A model generated the notes under the pieces. The model did not search any database. It worked only from the letters and a program-made list of their open reading frames with translations, and was not told the origin of the DNA. A stretch of DNA of 64,000 bases from a candidate division WOR-3 bacterium (GTDB lineage Bacteria > Hydrothermota > Hydrothermia > B15-G9): NCBI GenBank assembly GCA_015489175.1, contig WGAI01000067.1, positions 1,799-65,798 of the forward strand. The letters run 5' to 3'. Below, one piece after another: positions 59,412 through 64,000 of the stretch; positions within the stretch are counted from its first letter, which is position 1; each line of letters starts with the position of its first letter. The position numbers and the translations under genes were made by a program.

Positions 59412-60749
59412 TTATCTGAGCCAAATGACTTGTGCCAGATACTTTCTGCCTTCTAATTTTCTGTCGCCGTAAACGGCAGCTGTAACCCCCGTTGCGTTCT
59501 CAACACCTAACTTGAAATGGAGGTTGTAGGGAAGTCCCAAAGCCACATAGCCGTTTGCGATGTAGTAAGGTTCTCTTAAATGTTCTTCATCGGTTTTTGT
59601 AGGGCCTATGTAACCACCGTCTATCTCCAGACTTAAAAGCTTATATCGCAAAACAGAGTGGAGTTTGGCAGAATATTCTGGCACGAAGAAAACGCCCTCA
59701 TCAAATACTGTGTAATATGCCGATGCCGAAATTTCTATGTGTTTCATCTTCCAATTCAGCGTCAGGGTGGGACAGAAAAGCCGATAGCCACCTGCGGAAT
59801 AAAGATATGGCACATCATTACCTTTTCGGAAAATTCTGCCTTCGCCATGCTCGTAAACGCCGGATAACCTGATGGAGGCCTCCTTTATAGGTTTCATCTC
59901 AATTACAGCTTCCCCTTTCATCGCAAATTCAGAATCTGAAATCGAATCAAGTTCTGTGGCCATGAAGTCAAAGAATGGAATTGATGGGATGCCCGCGCGA
60001 TAGCCCCACTTGACCTTAACGAACAGGTTCCTTGTGCCGTAGTATTGCATTTCTATTGTTGGTAATATGTTATGTTTTTTGTAAGGCTTGGTAAGTGTAA
60101 AACCAGGAGCCAGCAAAAGGCCGCCCGGCAAGATCCATCTGAGGTTGTAATTGGCCTTGAAATCTGAATTTGAATGATGGAAAGAATACTCGAACTTACT
60201 GGAGAAGACATTTATAAGATGCCTTGTGGCTGGGAGTATCAATTTTGCTGATACGGACGATTTCGGGTATAACAATGAGTTTCGCCTGTCGCCTATCTGT
60301 ATTGCGTGGATGTCGGTGTAAAATCCGATAAACACGCTGTCGCTTCTGAATTCAAATATACCTATGTGTATGTTGCCACCGTAAGCGTATCTGTCGTTTC
60401 TACGCCAGTAATGCAGGTCATAGCCACCTTCAACTCCGCTCGATCTCAACACAAATTTCATTTTTGAGAAAGCAGAGTCAAACTGAGAGAAGTCATAACC
60501 TCTCAGCAAATTAGCCTTTAAAAGGAAAGTCTTTGGGGTGGAAAAGTTGAACGACATCCCCCTGTCTTCCCACAGGTGCAAGCCAACCATGTATTGTGAA
60601 TTGTATTCGGATTTGTATTCGTAAGCCGGAAGCGGTGGAGGAATAATATGCATCAATTTCAATGGAGTTAGTGTGTCAAACGGTATTGGAGGATATTTTG
60701 GGTGGAAAAACATAGCCGTGATAAGCAGATAATATCCAATACTGCTCAT
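59412..60749 (-). CDS. Hypothetical outer-membrane beta-barrel protein
   Basis: Aromatic-rich alternating strands; C-terminal LGVENAT...GRKYLAQVIW; ATGA overlap with lptF/G. Confidence 0.55.
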   Translation of the reverse strand: MSSIGYYLLITAMFFHPKYPPIPFDTLTPLKLMHIIPPPLPAYEYKSEYNSQYMVGLHLWEDRGMSFNFSTPKTFLLKANLLRGYDFSQFDSAFSKMKFVLRSSGVEGGYDLHYWRRNDRYAYGGNIHIGIFEFRSDSVFIGFYTDIHAIQIGDRRNSLLYPKSSVSAKLILPATRHLINVFSSKFEYSFHHSNSDFKANYNLRWILPGGLLLAPGFTLTKPYKKHNILPTIEMQYYGTRNLFVKVKWGYRAGIPSIPFFDFMATELDSISDSEFAMKGEAVIEMKPIKEASIRLSGVYEHGEGRIFRKGNDVPYLYSAGGYRLFCPTLTLNWKMKHIEISASAYYTVFDEGVFFVPEYSAKLHSVLRYKLLSLEIDGGYIGPTKTDEEHLREPYYIANGYVALGLPYNLHFKLGVENATGVTAAVYGDRKLEGRKYLAQVIWLR

Positions 60750-61882
60750 GCCTTTTCCTCCTTAATGGACAAAATTGCACCGATAATGGCTGTTACAATG
60801 TTTGGGAGCCAGCTTGCGATGTAAGGGTTCATCATACCCTTTTTGGCGAAATCCTCACTTGCAATCATTATAATGTAGTAAAAAGTAAACACCAGAAATG
60901 AGATGCCGAAAGCTGTCCCGTAGCCGCCACGTCGTGCAATTGTGGCTATCGGCACGGCTATCAGGACAAAAACAATGCCCGCAAACGCAAGTGAGATCCT
61001 TTTGTTGAACTCTACTATGAGCCTTGATTTTTTTGTCCTGAGCCAATTGGCCTCTACAGTGTCTCTCGCAGTAGCAGGGTTTATCTCGCGGATTTCCTTG
61101 AGAAGCTGTCTCGCCTTGCGTTCGCGCGGACTTCTGTATTTGCTTTTAACGCTTGCCATTTCCTCAGATATAGGAATTTTGACGATGTGGCGTGTGAATT
61201 TAACCGTCCTGTAAAGCTGGAGATCAGGAGAAGTGGGTTCGTGTATCTCTCCGTCTATCATAATCATGATGATGGTGTCCCCCTTTGTGATTAGCCTTCC
61301 GTATTTTGCGATTATTACACGGACTATGCCGTTTTTTAGGGGTTCGTTTAGTTTGATGCCAAACAATTCCGATGTGCGCTCATTCTTGCGCTCCACGAAA
61401 ATTCGATAATCCTTTATCTGGGTGAACCTGCCTGCCTCGATCTGAGAGATGGGCTTCTTGCGTGAGATTTCGGATAGCAGCATTCTGAGCCTGTAATTGG
61501 ACTCCGGTGATACCTCAAGGTTGAACCATGTCATGAAGATGAAAAGCAGGAACGCTGCTGCCAGAGGCGCCAGCGCTAATCGTCTCAAGCTTATGCCTAA
61601 AGATTTGGCCGCAAGGGTCTCGAAGTCCTGAGACATCCTGCCATACACTACAAGCGAGGCAATCAAAACGCTCATGGGTACGCTCATCGTTAAGATGAAT
61701 GCCAATAGGTAAATTACCAGCTTGCCGACCGTCAAAAGCGGCACATTTTTCCTTACCACAAGGTCAGCAAGCCTAATGAAATAGTCCAAAAGCATTATAA
61801 ACGACAGCACACCGATGCCACCGATGAACGGTGATATGTGCTCCTTGAGGATATATCTATCCAGAGTCGTTGGGAATTTCAT
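60746..61882 (-). CDS. LPS export permease, LptF/LptG family
   Basis: TLDRYILKE, PMSVLIA...YGRMSQDFE..AAKSLGIS, ASWLPN. Confidence 0.9.
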   Translation of the reverse strand: MKFPTTLDRYILKEHISPFIGGIGVLSFIMLLDYFIRLADLVVRKNVPLLTVGKLVIYLLAFILTMSVPMSVLIASLVVYGRMSQDFETLAAKSLGISLRRLALAPLAAAFLLFIFMTWFNLEVSPESNYRLRMLLSEISRKKPISQIEAGRFTQIKDYRIFVERKNERTSELFGIKLNEPLKNGIVRVIIAKYGRLITKGDTIIMIMIDGEIHEPTSPDLQLYRTVKFTRHIVKIPISEEMASVKSKYRSPRERKARQLLKEIREINPATARDTVEANWLRTKKSRLIVEFNKRISLAFAGIVFVLIAVPIATIARRGGYGTAFGISFLVFTFYYIIMIASEDFAKKGMMNPYIASWLPNIVTAIIGAILSIKEEKA

Positions 61883-61929
61883 CGAGCCGTTATGATTGGT
61901 CAAACTTCGCCTTTTGTCAATTTGCTATT

Positions 61930-62129
61930 ATACCGAATATAAAATGTTACCAAGAAAATGCTGACTTAGCGTTTGATAATGTCAATGTGAGCTGTATTAA
62001 GAGGGGAGGAAGAGATTTTGTTGTGCAGAGTATTTCATAGAAAGCTTTTAGGGAATGGTTTTTCCTTTATTTTGGCAACACTCATTTAGTTCAAGGTTTC
62101 TTTTCGGCAACATTTTAAATGAGTGATAA
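61930..62129 (-). mobile_element. MITE-like element built from the two ends of the IS at 746-1516
   Basis: Reverse complement of 62104-62129 equals 746-771 with 1 mismatch, with similarity over ~60 bp; 61941-61960 matches the reverse complement of 1483-1502 with 2 mismatches. Confidence 0.7.
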
Positions 62130-62271
62130 CGACATTGTTGGCATCCTGATATCCGCTTTATAATTTAGACCGAACTCATGGATTGTAATAGGATTTGTTA
62201 TTTTGGAAAGATCCTGCTTTGAGCAGGCGTGGCCGGAGGCTATGTTTTTTAACGAATAGATAAACCTTGAA

Positions 62272-63258
62272 ATGAAATTATTAATTCCGGTGGCTGGTAA
62301 AGGTTCGAGGTTATATCCGCATACTCTCACTACCCCAAAGCCGCTTCTTAAGGTCGCAGGTAAACCCATCATAGAACATGTGATTGATAGATTCTCGAAG
62401 TTGGACATAGACGAGATAATTCTGGTAATTTCTCCAGGAAGTGAAGCTATTGTCGATTTCGTGAGGGGAAAGGTGCACGATGTTGAGGTTTCTACGGTAT
62501 ATCAGGATGTTCCTATTGGCCTTGGAGATGCTGTATACCAGGGAATTAAAAACCTTGAAGATGCCCCTTTGATGGTGGCACTTGGCGATACGATATTTGA
62601 TGCCCCGATAAAAGATTTCGTCGATTCAGGAGATGATTTCATTGTAGTCAAAAGTGTCGAGGATCCGCATTCTTTCGGCGTTGTTGAGATAGCGGATGGT
62701 AAAATTATTGATATGGAGGAGAAACCTGCTATACCAAAAACTAATCTCGCAATAATTGGGGTTTATTTTTTTTCCAATCTCAAGCCCTTAAAGGAATCTC
62801 TCGAATACGTCATAAAAAACGACATCAAAGTTAACAATGAATATCAGTTAACAGATGGACTAAGGTACATGTTGAAAAATTATGGATGGGAGCCTAAGCC
62901 TGTAATTGCTGATTTGTGGCTCGATTGTGGAAAATATGAAACTTTATTGCAGGCTAACAAGGTGCTTCTCGATAAGACAATCAACAGGATTGGCGTTGAG
63001 CTTTTGGGCACATCGGTAATTATTCATCCCGTTTATATAGGCAAAGATGTGGTTATCGAAAAATCTGTGATAGGACCTTATGTTTCCATAGATGATGCTT
63101 CAAAGATAGACAACTCTGTTGTTTCTGATTCAATAATCAATGCAGGGGTTGAGGTTACGAACGCCGTTGTGAAAAATTCTATTGTTAGCGATCTGGCATT
63201 GGTTGAAGGGAAGGCTATGCAGATTCAGCTTGGCGGTTTTTCTAAAGTCAAGATGTGA
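62272..63258 (+). CDS. Sugar-1-phosphate nucleotidyltransferase (glucose-1-P thymidylyltransferase long-form type)
   Basis: IPVAGKGSRLYPHT...PKPLL, GLGDAV, EEKP, EYQLTD, WLDCG, hexapeptide-like tail. Confidence 0.88.
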   Translation: MKLLIPVAGKGSRLYPHTLTTPKPLLKVAGKPIIEHVIDRFSKLDIDEIILVISPGSEAIVDFVRGKVHDVEVSTVYQDVPIGLGDAVYQGIKNLEDAPLMVALGDTIFDAPIKDFVDSGDDFIVVKSVEDPHSFGVVEIADGKIIDMEEKPAIPKTNLAIIGVYFFSNLKPLKESLEYVIKNDIKVNNEYQLTDGLRYMLKNYGWEPKPVIADLWLDCGKYETLLQANKVLLDKTINRIGVELLGTSVIIHPVYIGKDVVIEKSVIGPYVSIDDASKIDNSVVSDSIINAGVEVTNAVVKNSIVSDLALVEGKAMQIQLGGFSKVKM

Positions 63259-63271
63259 TGGCTTATAGATT

Positions 63272-64000
63272 ATGGTAAGAAGGATAATCTCTATAGTGGG
63301 TGCGCGGCCTCAATTTATGAAGGCTGCGGTTGTATCCGAGGAGCTGAGGAAAGCAGGGTTTAAAGAAATACTTGTCCATACCGGTCAACACTATGATTTC
63401 AACATGTCTGATGTGTTCTTTCAAGAGTTAAATCTTCCTGATCCCGATTATTATCTTGGTGTTGGATCAGGTTCTCACGGCGAGCAGACGGGCAAAATGC
63501 TCAGTGAGATAGAGAAAGTTTTACTTAAAGAAAATCCTGACCTCGTTATTGTCTATGGTGATACAAATTCCACACTTGCCGGGGCACTTGCTGCAGCAAA
63601 ATTGCACATCCCAGTAGCTCATGTTGAGGCAGGATTGAGGAGTTTCAACCGTGAAATGCCGGAAGAAATAAATCGGGTTCTAACTGACCATGTGTCATCT
63701 CTGCTTTTTGCTCCAACAGAGGCGGCGGTAAAGAATCTTGAGCAAGAAGGAATTAAGGACGGAGTATATCGTGTTGGAGATGTGATGTTCGATCTTGCTT
63801 TGAAGGTCTCAGAGATTGTAAATGACGAGGAGGTTCTCTCAAAATATGGCCTTGAACCGAAAAACTATCTCCTTGTAACAGTGCACAGGGCTGAAAACAC
63901 CGACAAAAGGGAGAACCTTTCAGAAATAGCAAAAGCATTGAATTTTCTTGTGTCCCAGGGGATGAATGTTTTCTTCCCCATCCATCCAAGAACTAAGAAC
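63272..64000 (+). CDS. wecB: Partial UDP-N-acetylglucosamine 2-epimerase (non-hydrolysing)
   Basis: Manual translation: IVGARPQFMK, HTGQHYD, YGDTNSTLAG, HVEAGLRS, MPEEINR, TVHRAENTD, FPIHPRT; runs off the window. Confidence 0.95.
   Translation, partial: MVRRIISIVGARPQFMKAAVVSEELRKAGFKEILVHTGQHYDFNMSDVFFQELNLPDPDYYLGVGSGSHGEQTGKMLSEIEKVLLKENPDLVIVYGDTNSTLAGALAAAKLHIPVAHVEAGLRSFNREMPEEINRVLTDHVSSLLFAPTEAAVKNLEQEGIKDGVYRVGDVMFDLALKVSEIVNDEEVLSKYGLEPKNYLLVTVHRAENTDKRENLSEIAKALNFLVSQGMNVFFPIHPRTKN

Noticed and set aside
1-64000. CRISPR array, rRNA or prophage
   Set aside because: No regularly spaced short repeats, rRNA-like sequence or phage structural genes seen.

Overview
64-kb bacterial chromosome segment. 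Several secreted proteins carry FlgD-Ig/T9SS-like C-terminal domains, which suggests an FCB-related or WOR-3-like lineage (inference only). Housekeeping genes: tRNA-Pro(CGG), glmS, rbfA, truB, accD, rtcA, lptF/G, a MalK-type ATPase, an aminotransferase, a sugar nucleotidyltransferase and partial wecB. Main points: (1) A ~21-kb co-oriented cluster (19666-40819) encodes roadblock/MglB-like, PilD, a TPR protein, a PilB-N-domain::DnaA-like ATPase fusion, a PilM-PilN fusion, a lipoprotein, PilO, AMIN-PilP, a short PilQ, a 3775-aa Ig-repeat protein and a PorV-like barrel. This is a candidate non-canonical type IV filament/secretion system coupled to a giant surface protein. (2) An AT-rich two-gene restriction-modification cassette (TdeIII-like nuclease plus DUF1156-type amino-MTase) sits inside a pit-DUF47-SLC12 operon between ~154-bp direct repeats. 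(3) A decayed IS shares its ends with a ~200-bp MITE-like element 61 kb away. (4) ACGT and GTAC appear to be avoided. All family calls come from motif recognition by eye; no searches were run.
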